Below, one piece after another: positions 62,201-64,000 of a DNA stretch of 64,000 nt (the stretch's first letter is position 1; each line of letters begins with the position of its first letter). Location of the stretch: positions 38,006,001-38,070,000 of the forward strand of contig OZ024750.1 of NCBI GenBank assembly GCA_964016885.1, given 5' to 3'. A model generated the notes under the pieces. That model ran no database searches. It had not been told where the DNA came from and was given only the letters and a program-made list of their open reading frames with translations. The DNA comes from Eledone cirrhosa (lineage: Eukaryota). The position numbers were made by a program, and so were the translations under genes.

Positions 62201-64000
62201 TAACCTGTACACTGTATGTGATGTACCATGAAGCTATGGCTAACCTGTACACTGTATGTGATGTACCATGAAGCTATGACTAACCTGTACACTGTATGTG
62301 ATGTACCATGAAGCTATGACTAACCTGTACACTGTATGTGATGTACCATGAATCTATGGCTAACCTGTACACTGTATGTGATGTACCATGAAGCTATGAC
62401 TAACCTATACACTGTATGTGATGTACCATGAAGCTATGACTAACCTGTACACCGTATGTGATGTACCATGAAGCTATAACTAACCTATACACTGTATGTG
62501 ATGTACCATGAAGCTATGACTAACCTGTACACTGTATGTGATGTACCATGAAGCTATGACTAACCTATACACTGTATGTGATGTACCATGCAGCTATGAC
62601 TAACCTGTACACTGTATGTGATGTACCATGAAGCTATAGCTAACCTGTACACTGTATGTGATGTACCATGAAGCTATGACTAACCTGTACACTGTATGTG
62701 ATGTACCATGAAGCTATCACTAACCTGTACACTGTATGTGATGTAGAATGAAGCTATAGCTAACCTGTACACTGTATGTGATGTACCATGAAGCTATGAC
62801 TAACCTGTACACTGTATGCGATGTACCATGAAGCTATAGCTAACCTATACACTCTATGTGATGTACCATGAAGCTATGACTAACCTGTACACTGTATGTG
62901 ATGTACCATGAAGCTATGGCTAACCTGTACACTGTATGTGATGTAACATGAAGCTATAGCTAGCCTGTACACTGTATGTGATGTACCATGAAGCTATGAC
63001 TAACCTGTACACTGTATGTGATGTACCATGAAGCTATGACTAACCTGTACACTGTATGTGATTTACCATGAAGCTATGACTAACATGTACACTGTATGCG
63101 ATGTACCATGAAGCTATGACTAACCTATACACTGTATGTGATGTACCATGAAGCTATGACTAAACTTTACACTGTATGTGATGTACCATGAAGCTATGGC
63201 TAACCTGTACACTGTATGTGATGTACCATGAAGCTATGGCTAACCTGTACACTGTATGTGATGTACCATGAAGTTATAGCTAATCTGTACACTGTATGTG
63301 ATGTAACATGAAGCTATAGCTAACCTGTACACTGTATGTGATGTACCATGAAGCTATGACTAACCTGTACACTGTATGTGATGTACCATGAAGCTATAGC
63401 TAACCTATACACTGTATGTGATGTACCATGAAGCTATGACTAACCTGTACACTGTATCTGATGTACCATGAAGCTATTACTAACCTATACACTGTATGTG
63501 ATGTACCATGAAGCTATGACTAAACTTTACACTGTATGTGATGTACCATGAAGCTATGGCTAACCTGTACACTGTATGTGATGTACCATGAAGCTATAGC
63601 TAACCTGTACACTGTATGTGATGTACCATGAAGTTATAGCTAATCTGTACACTGTATGTGATGTAACATGAAGCTATAGCTAACCTGTACACTGTATGTG
63701 ATGTACCATGAAGCTATGACTAACCTGTACACTTTATGTGATGTACCATGAAGCTATAGCTAACCTATACATTGTATGTGATGTACCATGAAGCTATGAC
63801 TAACCTGTACACTGTATCTGATGTACCATGAAGCTATAACTAACCTATACACTGTATGTGATGTACCATGAAGCTATGACTAACATGTACACTGTATGTG
63901 ATGTACCATGAAGCTATGCCTAACCTGTACACTGTATGTGATGCACCATGAAGCTATGCTAAACGGTACACTGTATGTGATGTACCATGAAGCTATGGCT
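53240..64000. repeat. Tandem duplication of about 5.5 kb containing a nested 2,399-bp higher-order repeat B
   Basis: 39-bp units at 53401/58917 and 54040/59556 (offset 5,516), and at 55999/61555 and 58398/63954 (offset 5,556). Inner period 55999 to 58398, 61555 to 63954 and GAATCT 59951 to 62350 are all 2,399 bp. Confidence 0.9.

Larger units (their letters stand above)
1..64000. repeat. Satellite DNA: tandem array of a 40-bp monomer (CTATG[A/G]CTAACCTGTACACTGTATGTGATGTACCATGAAG), about 1,600 copies, truncated at both window edges
   Basis: The monomer reads directly throughout, in one orientation, usually with 0-2 differences from consensus. Monomer starts at 1 and 63993 give 63,992 bp = 1600 x 40 - 8, matching 30 one-base deletions and 22 one-base insertions counted by eye. 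Confidence 0.99.

Noticed and set aside
1-64000. CRISPR array or another repeat-spacer array
   Set aside because: Monomers abut directly with no unique spacers. The variable sites are single-base variants, and no leader or cas gene is present.
1-64000. Protein-coding repeat gene
   Set aside because: The 40-bp period is not a multiple of 3, so each frame cycles through all stops within 120 bp on both strands. The longest stop-free stretch in the consensus is 37 codons.
1-64000. Rolling-circle or sequencing concatemer of a single 40-mer
   Set aside because: Complex variants recur in the same order in copies many kb apart and show nested histories, which random error would not produce. Mis-assembled copy number of the larger blocks cannot be excluded.
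1-64000. Telomerase-type telomeric repeat
   Set aside because: There is no G-rich strand or strand skew (G=C, A=T), the unit is long, and variants are inherited in multi-kb blocks rather than re-templated.
1-64000. Embedded transposon, inversion or unique island
   Set aside because: None was seen on reading through, and the monomer phase is fully explained by the 52 single-base indels counted.

Overview
The whole 64,000-bp window is one uninterrupted head-to-tail satellite array of a 40-bp monomer, consensus CTATGACTAACCTGTACACTGTATGTGATGTACCATGAAG (40% GC, no CpG). By manual phase tracking it holds 1,600 complete monomers plus 8 bp: about 1,548 of 40 bp, 30 of 39 bp and 22 of 41 bp. The net shift of -8 matches the last monomer starting at 63993. 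I found no genes, RNA genes, transposon insertions, inversions or CRISPR spacers, and both ends run off the window. The information lies in the order of variant monomers. Diagnostic variants recur in fixed order and reveal nested higher-order repeats: two 60-monomer (2,399-bp) HORs with different content, duplications of about 2.3, 2.8, 4.5 and 5.5 kb, an older cassette shared array-wide, and regional variant domains. This most resembles eukaryotic heterochromatic satellite DNA, but host and function cannot be determined from the sequence. I found no support for a novel protein- or RNA-encoding system. All counts and coordinates were read by eye and block boundaries are approximate.
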